Of a stretch of DNA of 64,000 bases, positions 41,401-50,447 are shown one piece after another. Positions within the stretch are counted from its first letter, which is position 1. Every line of letters begins with the position of its first letter. Made by a program: the position numbers and the translations under genes. The notes under the pieces were generated by a model. It had not been told where the DNA came from and made no database searches. It saw nothing but the letters and a program-made list of their open reading frames with translations. The stretch lies in assembly GCA_047602425.1 (NCBI GenBank), contig JASGHG010000001.1, forward strand, positions 2,464,001 to 2,528,000, written 5' to 3'. The DNA comes from Nibricoccus sp. Lineage in GTDB: Bacteria > Verrucomicrobiota > Verrucomicrobiia > Opitutales > Opitutaceae.

Positions 41401-42294
41401 GGTTTTCGATGGTTCGGCGGGTTGTTCTGACCGGGTTTGCCCCAGATAGGTGAAATGCACGCCTGAAAGTTTCAGATGGCAGCGGCCATGGTCATCGAAG
41501 ACTTCAAGATCGCCGGAGTGCAGTTCGCCGACTGCTTTTCCCGACTGGCGGAGGCGCGCTCTAACCCACACGCTACCGCTAAAAGCGAGATCGAAGATTT
41601 CCAACTTCTCCATTCCCCGGAGAATGAATGTGCTGCCGCCAGCGATCGAAAATGAGGCCAGCAGCTGCGCGACGCCATCGAGCAAGATGGGATGCAACTG
41701 GTGGATTTGACCGGGTTTGGCGATCGGCATGGCGAGTTGGCCGAGAGCTTCAGGGCCGTTTCGCCAGACTTTTTGTACGATCTGAAATTCAGGACCGTAC
41801 TGATTTCCATTTTTCGCCAACTGCTCGTAGTAGCCGGTTTGATCGGTGTGGTATTCGGATTTTTCCGTCGGCGACGGTGCAGGGCATTGGCCTGACGGGG
41901 TAGGCCAACCGGTTATTACCTCTAAACGGGCGCAGGGAGGAGGAGTTGGTGAACTCGCATCGCCGCCTTCCCGAAACGTGTAGCGAAACGAATGTTCGGT
42001 CGTGCGTTCGATACTCGCCGTGAGCAGAGTCTCGGCATCGGAGAGGATGACGGGATTGAGGAATTCGATATGCGTCAGCCTGCTGGGCATGGTGCCGAAA
42101 TGCTCGGCATGAATGCAAAGCACGGCCTCGATATAGAAAGAGCCGGGCAGAACGACCAAGTTTTGGAAACCATGATCCGTCAGATAAGGAAACGAGGCAG
42201 TTGCGATCCGGACGGTTGCCGTGGCCCCACCGGCGTCGGCCGGTTCAAATGCCACTGCTCTGCTTATGGAAGAAAATGTACCGGGTGCCTTCAA
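38407..42294 (-). CDS. Multidomain loading protein: PKS dehydratase - FkbH N-region - inserted FkbM O-methyltransferase - FkbH (HAD/glyceryl transferase) - ACP
   Basis: DH: DHGFQNLVVLPG and LHPILLD. FkbM: VVDIGANIGLFS, LLKIDAE, IEVH. FkbH: VLDCDNTLW, FVDDNP.E, TNQFN, FLLSCRVLGRGVE. ACP: FFEAGGTSL. TTG start. Confidence 0.88.
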   Translation of the reverse strand: MKAPGTFSSISRAVAFEPADAGGATATVRIATASFPYLTDHGFQNLVVLPGSFYIEAVLCIHAEHFGTMPSRLTHIEFLNPVILSDAETLLTASIERTTEHSFRYTFREGGDASSPTPPPCARLEVITGWPTPSGQCPAPSPTEKSEYHTDQTGYYEQLAKNGNQYGPEFQIVQKVWRNGPEALGQLAMPIAKPGQIHQLHPILLDGVAQLLASFSIAGGSTFILRGMEKLEIFDLAFSGSVWVRARLRQSGKAVGELHSGDLEVFDDHGRCHLKLSGVHFTYLGQTRSEQPAEPSKTDLVVAATFTADPVEEVLTFWGFRLGRPLKTTFAPYNQVFQELLSPESALRRNQNGFNVILLNLNDWASGSESAASKLDPVTTTNAFAGLNRHTLANGLEVAHLNRHETEYVYKEIFEDRVYLRHGIQIPEDATVVDIGANIGLFSLFVRSRAPQARVFAYEPSPVAFKALQANCSAYGERLQPFNLGVSEKRGSASLTFYEKSSVFSSFHSNADEDRQAIQAVVANMVRTELGSSEPSTDVYVDELMTGRLDRQVFDCPLLSVSDIIRDNKLSRIDLLKIDAEKCELEILRGIEKTHWPLIGQIVIEVHDRTQKAVDEVRSILISQGFNCAVEEENLLTGSGLFNVYATRASRNETCATEAEPFAASKAEVKKTADQFIQALDAYTRSSSTPTILCFCPTNPLASGFSDSGQFLREIETELIDRVRGFSNIHTLSSTAIAERYPVTDLHDPHADAAGHVPYTAEGFASIGTALVRTISALQRSPYKVIVLDCDNTLWQGACGEEGALGVKVTVAHRALQEFMLRQMEAGMLLCLCSKNSEADVWSVFDRNPDMKLRREHLVATRINWSPKSENLRSLAQELGLGLDSFIFVDDNPVECAEVQASVPAVLTLPLPANPAEIPAFLDHTWAFDHLRTTSEDLTRTHRMRENAEREKYRDQVSTLKDFIEGLHLEISIFKPMAEHFDRVSQLTLRTNQFNFTTKRRSAADIERFSENPANGCLAVNVQDRFGDYGMVGLALFSIAGNVCSVDTFLLSCRVLGRGVEHGILARVGAEARARGCEFVELPFQTTEKNQPARDFVESLRAASAQEKSGSTIYRFSAEELISLRYKPSGSSETTESQSIANRPVSAKATHTRGFGAEARLVEIATTLDSVAKIRSAMETARLHASGFAEPAIGTDAAASLEDKLLSIWRRAIGNPHLKPTDNFFEAGGTSLKAVQVVAAIRRELKHQVSIVGLFESPTVRLLAEKLEPSKTEASAASDAMERGARRKQRLRKRD

Positions 42295-42690
42295 AATCTA
42301 GCCTTACCTTATTAATTGATCGTCTGGAGTATTTCGAAAATTAGACGAACGGGGGCCTGACTTTTTCAAGCCTTGGCCGTGTAGGGGCTTCCCTGAACAA
42401 CCCCACAGGCATTCGACTAATGCCATAATTGGCTAAATATATGATAACCTGATCCCTACCTAACGGTTCGTTCCGAACGATGCATATGACGTTCCCATTC
42501 ATAGGCGCAGGCTTCCGCACGCCAGGTGCGGTGGCTGTGAATCGAACGGCTGGAGCAGTGCCAAAAAACGCTACTCCGAAATCGGCGGGGGTAGAAAAAG
42601 GCCAGCTTTACCCGCGAAATCGGGAAGCCAGCCGACGCTGGCAAGCAACAACGCCGCTGTGACCGCGAGGAAGCCAATCCGTGCCATGGA

Positions 42691-44922
42691 CTAGGTAGCG
42701 GAACGGTCGGTTTTCTGCGGCTTGAAGCGAGGAATGGCCGTCATGGTCAGGCGGTCAACGACGTCGAGATAAACGTCTTTCATCGTTTCCCACGAATTCG
42801 CCGTGGCATAGGCAAAGCCCGCGGCGGACAACTGCTCCTTAAAAGCGGGGTCTTTGATCAACTGGCGGACTCGTCGGGCGAAATCTTCGGAGTCGCCGGA
42901 GGTGAAGAACGCCGCCACGGAGTCATTGAAATACAGGCTGTCGATCCGTGTACGCGAAATGACGACGGGCAGTTTTTGCGACATGAACTCCATGATTTTG
43001 GTGCTGTAGGCTTGGTCGCCAAAACCCTCGGCTCGTTTGGGCACGATGCCGATGTCGGCATTGGCCATGATGCCGGGGATTTCCTCCAGCACCACGCCGG
43101 GGAGGAAGCGCACGTTTTTCTCCAAGCCGAGCGAGCGTGCCAGTTCCTGCAAATTCGGGAGCGTGGGGCCGTTGCCGTAGATATGAAGCTCGAGGTTTGG
43201 AAATTCCCCCACGAGCACTTTCATCGCATTGACCGCAATATCCAGACCTTGGTGATAATTTAACGAACCAGGATAAAGGAGGATAATGCGGTTGTCGTCG
43301 CGCGTGCGCGTTTTTGGCGCGAAAAGCTCCAGGTCGACATTGTTGACCATGGCGGTGAGTTTTTCCTTGTGGGCCGAGCGGCTGCTCAGCGTGCCTTTCC
43401 AGATGTGATTGGCGACAATGACATGGTCGGCAAAACCGCAGGAGAGCTTTTCGATCAATCGCAACCCTGTGGAAAGGATCGAGCCGTGCTTTACCGAGAA
43501 TTTCGATTCGTAGAGCTCGGGCACGATATCGTGGATATCGAGGATGATTTTCGCATTGCCCGACTTGAGCCTCGCGCCGGCGAAAACGAGAAAATCAGGA
43601 ATGTTGTGAACGTGGAGCAGATTGCAGCCGTTGGGAAAATTTTTCGGACCCAAGTGGACGAAGGCCTTCAAAAAGAAAGCACTGAGGCGCCAGGCATAAG
43701 CCCATTTGCCGGACTCTCTCGTTTCGCGCGCCTGAAGGCGGAAGACTTCGACCCCGTTGAGGGTTTCCCATTTCCGCGAGCGGACTTGTTCGGGTTTTCC
43801 AAGCGAAAATATTTTCACGCGGTCACCGCGTTTGGCGAGAGTTTCGGCGTAGCGGCGGACGCGATTGTCGGAGTTGTAGAAGCTGTACGTCAGCATGGCC
43901 ACCGAGCGCGGCGGCCGAGCCTGGCGGGGCTTGAACGGCGTGCAAAAAGCGGCGACCTCGCGGGGAAGCGCCGCCCAGTAACGGCCTTTGTATTCGTCCC
44001 GCACATGCGCGAGAAAATCGCGATAGAGCTGAACCGAGAACTCGTAGGTGCTGGGTTTCTCGCCCGGCATCGCCATGTAGTCGGGATGAGTGTCGAGCAG
44101 GGCCATCGCGCGTTTGTCGACCAGCCACCGGAGCTTGTTGCGCCAGATATCGATGTTTTTCTGTTTTAGAACTACGAAATAGTTGTAGTCCTGCACCAGC
44201 GTGTACGGCAGTTCGATATAGCCGTCACGTAGAGGCTTGGGACGGGAGGGCGATCCGTTCGCTGGGCCGCCTCGAAGGGCGTCCGCTTCCGGATTCGGTC
44301 GGTTGACCCAAAACGGGAAAACTGTCTGCGCTCCGTCGGGTTGGGGCTCGAAAGGATCCACATCGAACGTCGAGGCATCGTACGCGATGTCGAGATCGTG
44401 CAGCCAGTCGAGCTTGTGCAACATGAAGCCGGCGCGAAAACCAGTGGCGCCCCATTTTTTCAGCCACTGGTTAATGGCCGTGGCATCCCGGCGAAATCCT
44501 TCCCGACTCCGAAACAAGGTTCCGTCGTGGCGCAGGTCGTGCACGCCCACTTCAAAACCATTTTGATGCAGCCAATTTATCAGTTCATCTGGAACCGTGT
44601 AATCACCTGTGGGGATGAAGTTAAAACAGGAGCGGAATCCGTACTCCATTTCAATTTCCGCCAGCTGGCGGCAACGCCGCAGTCCCTTTGGACCTTCCAC
44701 GTCGTGGGTGAGCACGAAGGAAAAGTCTTTGCCATCCGGCCAGCCCGGCCAGTTTTCAGGAGCCTTGCCCGTGTCTTCGTAAATGGGCCAGTAGGCGGTG
44801 CACTTCCTTTTGATGATGGCCGCACGCATCCGCCGAAGTGCCAACCGCAGGCGGGGAGGGAGGATGGGCTTCACCGCGTAGTAAGCGTGGTTGAGGAGCA
44901 TGACGGGAGCGTGCAGATGCAT
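42691..44922 (-). CDS. Fusion of a polysaccharide deacetylase-like (CE4/NodB-fold) domain and a GT4 glycosyltransferase
   Basis: N-half: LTHDVE, EVGVHDLRHDG, GFRAG, YD.S. C-half: DNRVRR.A..L, HVHNIPD, DIHD..PE, STKIMEFM. One continuous ORF. Confidence 0.82.
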   Translation of the reverse strand: MHLHAPVMLLNHAYYAVKPILPPRLRLALRRMRAAIIKRKCTAYWPIYEDTGKAPENWPGWPDGKDFSFVLTHDVEGPKGLRRCRQLAEIEMEYGFRSCFNFIPTGDYTVPDELINWLHQNGFEVGVHDLRHDGTLFRSREGFRRDATAINQWLKKWGATGFRAGFMLHKLDWLHDLDIAYDASTFDVDPFEPQPDGAQTVFPFWVNRPNPEADALRGGPANGSPSRPKPLRDGYIELPYTLVQDYNYFVVLKQKNIDIWRNKLRWLVDKRAMALLDTHPDYMAMPGEKPSTYEFSVQLYRDFLAHVRDEYKGRYWAALPREVAAFCTPFKPRQARPPRSVAMLTYSFYNSDNRVRRYAETLAKRGDRVKIFSLGKPEQVRSRKWETLNGVEVFRLQARETRESGKWAYAWRLSAFFLKAFVHLGPKNFPNGCNLLHVHNIPDFLVFAGARLKSGNAKIILDIHDIVPELYESKFSVKHGSILSTGLRLIEKLSCGFADHVIVANHIWKGTLSSRSAHKEKLTAMVNNVDLELFAPKTRTRDDNRIILLYPGSLNYHQGLDIAVNAMKVLVGEFPNLELHIYGNGPTLPNLQELARSLGLEKNVRFLPGVVLEEIPGIMANADIGIVPKRAEGFGDQAYSTKIMEFMSQKLPVVISRTRIDSLYFNDSVAAFFTSGDSEDFARRVRQLIKDPAFKEQLSAAGFAYATANSWETMKDVYLDVVDRLTMTAIPRFKPQKTDRSAT

Positions 44923-45014
44923 TCTGTGGGTGGGCTATCGACAGATTGTTTTAACCGGCTTGCACCCGAAGGAGAGCGTGGAGGCGCTGCTGCGGTGTGG
45001 AAGGTGGCGATTGG

Positions 45015-46310
45015 TTATGCTTTCCAAACCTGGCCGGGTTTGGTTTTGATCGAGACCATGGCGTTCCGCGAATCGACGATGCAAGGGGCCCAATTGGCGA
45101 GCTCCTGATAGTTCACGGACGCGTGATTGGTGGCGAGGAGCACGGCGTCGAACCCGGAGATAGTCGCTTGGTTCCACGCGACCGATTTCATGCCTGCAAA
45201 CTGGGGATGCTCGCGCGTGAGTTTGATGACGGGCACGTACGGATCGTAGTAGGCGATCTCGGCGCCGCGGTGTTTGAGTTTTTCGAGGAGAATGTAACTG
45301 GGCGACTCGCGGTCGTCGTCAACGTTTGGTTTGTAGGCCAGACCGAGCACGAGGACCTTGCTGCCTTTAACAGGCTTGCCGAGCTCATTGAGCGCTTCGG
45401 CCGTGCGATTGATAACGTAGTCCGGCATGGCGGTGTTGATTTCACCGGAGAGTTCAATGAAGCGGGTGTGCTGTCCGTATTCGCGGGCCTTCCACGTGAG
45501 GTAGAATGGGTCGATGGGAATGCAGTGACCGCCGAGGCCAGGGCCGGGATAAAACGCCATGAACCCGAAAGGTTTCGTTTTGGCGGCGTTGATAACCTCC
45601 CAGACATCGATGCCCATTGCGGCGTAAACGACTTTAAGTTCGTTGACCAAGGCGATGTTGACGCCGCGGAAGGTGTTCTCAAGCAGCTTGGCCGCTTCGG
45701 CCACGCGGCAGGACGATACGGGGACGAGCGTTTTGATCGCGATCGAGTACGTGGCGACCGCTTTCTCCAAGCAGGCGGGAGTGAAGCCACCGACGATCTT
45801 CGGGATCGTGGCGACGACGCTTTGCGGATTGCCCGGGTCTTCGCGCTCGGGCGAGAAGGCGAGGTGGAAATCGATGCCGGCCTTCAGACCCGAACCATCT
45901 TCTATCACTTTGCGGAGATCCTCGTCGGTCGTGCCCGGGTAGGTCGTGGATTCGAGCGCGACCAGGGTTCCTTTTTTGAGGTGCGGGGCAATGGCCTTGC
46001 CGGTTTCTGTGATATAGGAAATATCCGGCTCGCGGTTTTTGTTGAGCGGTGTGGGGACGCAGATGATGACCGCGCTGACCTCTTTGATGCGCGAGAAATC
46101 GCTGGAGGCGGAGAACGCCTTCTTGTCCACCATCGCTTTGATATCGGCGCCGGTGATATGTTTAATGTAACTGCGTCCGGAATTGAGCGCCTCAACCTTT
46201 GCTGGGTCGATATCGAGGCCCAAGACGGTGGCACCGCATCGGGCGAACTGGAGTGACAACGGCAGACCGACGTAACCTAGGCCGACAATGGCGATTTGAT
46301 GGGAGGACAT
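45015..46310 (-). CDS. UDP-N-acetylhexosamine 6-dehydrogenase (WbpA/WecC/TviB family)
   Basis: GLGYVGLP, CVPTP, ESTTYPGTT, FSPEREDPGN, KLLENTFR, GPGLGGHCIPIDP, D.RESP. Confidence 0.93.
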   Translation of the reverse strand: MSSHQIAIVGLGYVGLPLSLQFARCGATVLGLDIDPAKVEALNSGRSYIKHITGADIKAMVDKKAFSASSDFSRIKEVSAVIICVPTPLNKNREPDISYITETGKAIAPHLKKGTLVALESTTYPGTTDEDLRKVIEDGSGLKAGIDFHLAFSPEREDPGNPQSVVATIPKIVGGFTPACLEKAVATYSIAIKTLVPVSSCRVAEAAKLLENTFRGVNIALVNELKVVYAAMGIDVWEVINAAKTKPFGFMAFYPGPGLGGHCIPIDPFYLTWKAREYGQHTRFIELSGEINTAMPDYVINRTAEALNELGKPVKGSKVLVLGLAYKPNVDDDRESPSYILLEKLKHRGAEIAYYDPYVPVIKLTREHPQFAGMKSVAWNQATISGFDAVLLATNHASVNYQELANWAPCIVDSRNAMVSIKTKPGQVWKA

Positions 46311-46939
46311 GGTGATTGTTGTGGATGGTGATATTCAGTGAAGCTCGCAAGAACCTTAGTACCTGCGGGCTGAAAATGGGAGGATTTGGTTGCGGGCAAA
46401 ATCTACTTTTGGAGGGGTAGTAACAAAGCTGTTGGCAGGACGGCGGCCCTAGATGCATTTATTATATGCAAAAGAATGTCATCGCTAGAAACTGACTATG
46501 TATCGCGGGCGACCGGAAGCTCAACCACGCCGATCGCTTGTTTTGCATATCGAATATCAACACACCACTTTCGTTTGTACCACCGGGTGCTGGCGCGAAA
46601 TCCGGCTTTGGGCAGCCTTTGAAGCAAAAAGGCGCGGCCGTGCTTGCTGAAGATGGTGGAGGCGAGAGGAATCAAACTTCTATCTGCAGATCCTTTCGAA
46701 CCTGCCGTTTTATCATTAAACTACGCCCCCGAAATTGCCGGGTCGGGTGAGTGGATCGTCGATCGGGAAAGGACCGTCAAGTCTTTTGGTGGGGATTCCT
46801 GGAGTTGAAGAGCTAGGGTTGGTTTTTTGCGTTATCCGGAGTGACTCGCGCAATTTTTGCGAAAATCATGCGCCGAATTTGAAAATGGGACGATGTTTTT
46901 CGAGGCTGGACTTTGTTATACCGAGCTGGAGCTACTCTA

Positions 46940-48268
46940 TTATTTGGAGGTTTTTAAAAGTTCGCTCGCCACGACCGCGGTTTTGACCGGGGCCGCGCTC
47001 TTGCGATCGAGTACGAGCGGGCGATAAAATTTGCGCTGCACGAGCCTGCGCAAGGTTCCGAGCACCGAGCGAATCTTGTCGCGCATTTCTATGCGCCACC
47101 AGCAGGCGAAAAGATGGTTGTTGCGAAACCGCGTGTACGGCAGGCCCAGCAGGCGAACCGAGAAACGACGACCCCACACGGCACCTTTCTTTTTCCAGAG
47201 GCCGGATTGGGATTTCTCCACTTTCCATGCTTCGGCTGGTTTTAGTTCAACGTAACCGTCGGCAATCGCGCCTTGGAGGATTTCACGGCCGCGCTGGGTC
47301 CGGACCAAAACCAAGGAGGAGCCAGGATTAACGCCATCCGGTTGGAAATACCAAGGATCGCCGCAACTGATATCGGCAAGTTCGCCGCTACTATCCGGCC
47401 AGAGCTGCACCGACCACGGACGTGACGCCTGAAGAATCGCCCAGCTTTCGCTATAGGTGAGTTTAAACGCAGGCTCGGATTGTCCCGGCATCATCGGTGC
47501 GAAATGACCGGGCCACCCCAGACCGCGATAGCGCAGGCTGGCGATAGAGGAGGGTTCGATGCCGCGTTCTTTCAACAGATTTGTCGTTGCCTTTGTCGGC
47601 GGACTGCCGGCGCAGAAAAACGACATGGTCACGCCGATCTTTTGGTCCAATTCCGGCTTGAGCCGGCGGGCATTCGTCAAAGCGGCGATTTCAGAAGGCT
47701 GACCGATGATGGCGCATGGCGCCGAGGCTTGCTCCACCAAGTTCAGGCCGTTGCACACGGAAGCGGGAGCATACCGGGAGCCGCTGGCGGCAATGAGATC
47801 CTGGCGATTCAAACTCAATCTCGTGCGGTTCAAAAAAGGCTCTTCCGGATCCTGACCGGTGTGCAGCACTCCGGCCATTCCTGCCTTTTCAACGCAGTAC
47901 GCGGCGAGGGCAGTGAGCACGCCGCCGGAAGAACCTTTATAACGTATTTCCGGATCTGCTGCGTGCCCTTCCCAAACTTCCAGAACCTGGCCCCAGTTTT
48001 GGGTGAAATCGGTCGCCGTCGCAGGAACGTCCTTGGGCTTGTCGTTCGCCGCTGGCGCGAACGGAGTGAAGTCGGTCTGTACGCTCGGGCAAGCGTCGAG
48101 GCAAAGCGTGCAATCCTTGCAATCGCTGGTGTCAACATTGGGACGGATTCCCTCGGCGACGTAGTCCAGGAGCTGAATGCGGTTTTCCGGACAGATGTAT
48201 GCGCACACACCACAACCAATGCACAACCTCCAATCAACAACGTCGGTAAGCGTTTTTATTTTGCCCAT
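46940..48268 (-). CDS. FrhB/FdhB-like (coenzyme F420 hydrogenase beta) flavoprotein with an N-terminal 2x[4Fe-4S] ferredoxin domain
   Basis: CIGCGVC..IC and CKDCTLCL.ACP, SSGGVLT, GSRY, FCAG, YRG.GWPG, ADIS.GD.W. Paired with a pyruvyl transferase. Confidence 0.82.
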   Translation of the reverse strand: MGKIKTLTDVVDWRLCIGCGVCAYICPENRIQLLDYVAEGIRPNVDTSDCKDCTLCLDACPSVQTDFTPFAPAANDKPKDVPATATDFTQNWGQVLEVWEGHAADPEIRYKGSSGGVLTALAAYCVEKAGMAGVLHTGQDPEEPFLNRTRLSLNRQDLIAASGSRYAPASVCNGLNLVEQASAPCAIIGQPSEIAALTNARRLKPELDQKIGVTMSFFCAGSPPTKATTNLLKERGIEPSSIASLRYRGLGWPGHFAPMMPGQSEPAFKLTYSESWAILQASRPWSVQLWPDSSGELADISCGDPWYFQPDGVNPGSSLVLVRTQRGREILQGAIADGYVELKPAEAWKVEKSQSGLWKKKGAVWGRRFSVRLLGLPYTRFRNNHLFACWWRIEMRDKIRSVLGTLRRLVQRKFYRPLVLDRKSAAPVKTAVVASELLKTSK

Positions 48269-48349
48269 TGAATATATGATGGTCGATGAATAATGCCGGC
48301 AGGTCGGCCCCGGATTATATAGAAATTATATGGTTTTGGCCGGATCCGT

Positions 48350-49627
48350 TTATGAAGAGGAAACCAAACGTTGGAATATATCTGCGAGTTTTCGGCGCGC
48401 GTCCTTGGAGGCTTCCGCGAGGCCGGCACGGGCCGCGGCGCGCAAACGATAAAGTTCGACGGCACGCGTCACCGCCGAAGCGTTGTCGCTGCTTCGACCA
48501 TCGATGACCCAGTCCTGCATTCCGACACTTTCGAAAACCCCCGCGAACTTCATGCTGTACGCGACTCCGATGCAAGGAACGCCCTGCGAGAGCGCGGCGA
48601 TGCAAGCATGCATGCGTGAGCCGATGAAAAAATCGCAGCGCCCGATGATGCCCTTGATCGCATATTGATCGTACTCGCGGTCGACGATCCTGATTCGCTG
48701 CCGCAATGCGGCGGGTACTGCGTCGCGCAATTTCCGCGATGCTTCCTGATCGCTTTCCACGTCGCCCGCCGGAGCGAAGGTATGCGGAACCAGCCAGAGT
48801 TCTCCGGGATGCTCGTTCAACAACCGTGTCACCAATTCGGGAAGAAACTCCGCGTAGCTCAGCTTGAGTCCGAACATATTATTGCGTGTGTAACCGCCGT
48901 TATACATCAGGCCGTTGACATTCAGGCCAATCACGCCCGCCGGAACGCTGCCGGCGAGGGGAGGATCGAGAGCAATTTCGGACGTCGGAACGGCTTCAAG
49001 CGAAAAGGCCACGTCTGGACTGAGCAGAACTTCTTTCCCGGGGCCCACGAGATTTTGCGCGACGACGCGGCTTTGTTTGTCGCGCGCAATCACCACAGAG
49101 GACCGCCTGAGCAGATAGCGCGCGAGCCCGCGCGCGACCGCGCTTTTGAACGGGCCGTAGGTTTGCGGAAACTGCACCATCGTGCCTTTGACCAACAAAA
49201 CCGACCAGTCCAAAAGGAAGGTATAAATAAATCCTTTTAACCCATAGATATCGCTAAAACTATCGCCGCCGTGGACGTTGCCGACTAGTTTGGCATCGAC
49301 AATCGTTTTGATCCACGGCGTGGAGCGGGCAATGGCGGCCCGGACGGCTTTTAGGGGAGCCAGTCGATAGAGCATCGACATCCCAAGGATCCAGAAAAGG
49401 TGATCGCGCGGCCGGGCTCGGGGGGACATGCGGACATTGACGACTTCAATCGGCGTTTCCTTGCCGCCTACACGAAAAGTCGCCGGCCGGTTGTCCTGGT
49501 TGCCCAAGAGCAGGGCAATATGGCACCCCGGAGCCGCTTCGGCGCAGAGGTTGACCAGGGAAGCGCCCAGCGCCAGAACGCCGCGGTTTCCGGATGAAAC
49601 CGGCGTGCCTAGAATTCCGATCTTCAT
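48350..49627 (-). CDS. Polysaccharide pyruvyl transferase family protein (WcaK-like)
   Basis: GN.GV.AL, GGDSFSDIYG, PQTYGPF, ARD..S, PDVAF, GSRMHACIAA...GVP...AYS.KF. Confidence 0.88.
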   Translation of the reverse strand: MKIGILGTPVSSGNRGVLALGASLVNLCAEAAPGCHIALLLGNQDNRPATFRVGGKETPIEVVNVRMSPRARPRDHLFWILGMSMLYRLAPLKAVRAAIARSTPWIKTIVDAKLVGNVHGGDSFSDIYGLKGFIYTFLLDWSVLLVKGTMVQFPQTYGPFKSAVARGLARYLLRRSSVVIARDKQSRVVAQNLVGPGKEVLLSPDVAFSLEAVPTSEIALDPPLAGSVPAGVIGLNVNGLMYNGGYTRNNMFGLKLSYAEFLPELVTRLLNEHPGELWLVPHTFAPAGDVESDQEASRKLRDAVPAALRQRIRIVDREYDQYAIKGIIGRCDFFIGSRMHACIAALSQGVPCIGVAYSMKFAGVFESVGMQDWVIDGRSSDNASAVTRAVELYRLRAAARAGLAEASKDARRKLADIFQRLVSSS

Positions 49628-49673
49628 TCGATAAATATTTTCACCAGACTCGTCATGCTTTTCCCGCAGGGCT

Positions 49674-50351
49674 TCAATGTTTCCAAAATATTCCTTCCTT
49701 GATCACTCGTATGTTGGGGCTTCCGCCGATGACCGCGTGGGACACGTCGACGCGCCCGGCCACGGTGGTTCCGGCCGCCACGACCACACCCTCTTTTATT
49801 TTGGATCCTTTTAATATAAGCGTCCGGCAGCAGAGCCAGACGTTGTCGCCGATAATAATTGGTTTTGGCGGATTCAAAACGGTTCCCTGCGCATCACAAA
49901 TATCGTGCCAGTCCTGGTCGAAAACCGAGACATCCCAGGAAATCAAAACGTTTCGCCCGAAGGAAATCTTTGTTTTCGCGTAGATCATGCTGAAACCGGT
50001 GACCGCGAAATTGTTTCCAACGAATAGTTCGCCATGCGCGGCGATCTGGCAGCCTGGCCCAATGTCGGCGGTTCCTTCAAAAATGACCTTACCGGTTATG
50101 ATCAATATGGACTTCGATTTGGCATTGTGAAAAAGCGGGCCGTCTCCCATTCCGATTTTCACGATGCCCGTCCTGATCCGCTGCAATTCCACCGTGCCGG
50201 AGAGTTCCTTTAGCTGCACGCGATGGGAGACAAAAACCGGGAGTTTCAGCGCGGTGCGGAAAGGAAAATAGCGCAGGTTGAAATGAACGGTGTTCGGGAT
50301 CGAAAGGAGGAAATCCCATTTCCTCAAAATACTCCGAAGGGCATTTTTCAT
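49674..50351 (-). CDS. Left-handed beta-helix acyltransferase
   Basis: D.DWH followed by IIIGDNVWL...ILKGSKI...VVAAG..V hexapeptide repeats. Confidence 0.82.
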   Translation of the reverse strand: MKNALRSILRKWDFLLSIPNTVHFNLRYFPFRTALKLPVFVSHRVQLKELSGTVELQRIRTGIVKIGMGDGPLFHNAKSKSILIITGKVIFEGTADIGPGCQIAAHGELFVGNNFAVTGFSMIYAKTKISFGRNVLISWDVSVFDQDWHDICDAQGTVLNPPKPIIIGDNVWLCCRTLILKGSKIKEGVVVAAGTTVAGRVDVSHAVIGGSPNIRVIKEGIFWKH

Positions 50352-50447
50352 GCGTTTGGCAAAAGGTGGTTTTGCAGATGAAAGCGGGAAGATGAGTGAG
50401 GCGACGGGAGCCTCATGCCAGCACTGGACGTGCCTGAACGGCTCTCT

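Noticed and set aside
42295..42690. Intergenic region upstream of the loading protein, with short ORFs and a GGCATT-N5-AATGCC inverted repeat
   Set aside because: Probably contains a promoter, but the repeat is short, the sigma54 spacing is wrong and the ORFs have no support.
46311..46939. Long intergenic region checked for a sigma54 promoter, riboswitch or small gene
   Set aside because: The best candidate (minus-strand ATGACATTCTTTTGC) lacks the invariant GG. No riboswitch fold or convincing ORF was recognised by eye; an Rfam scan would be needed.
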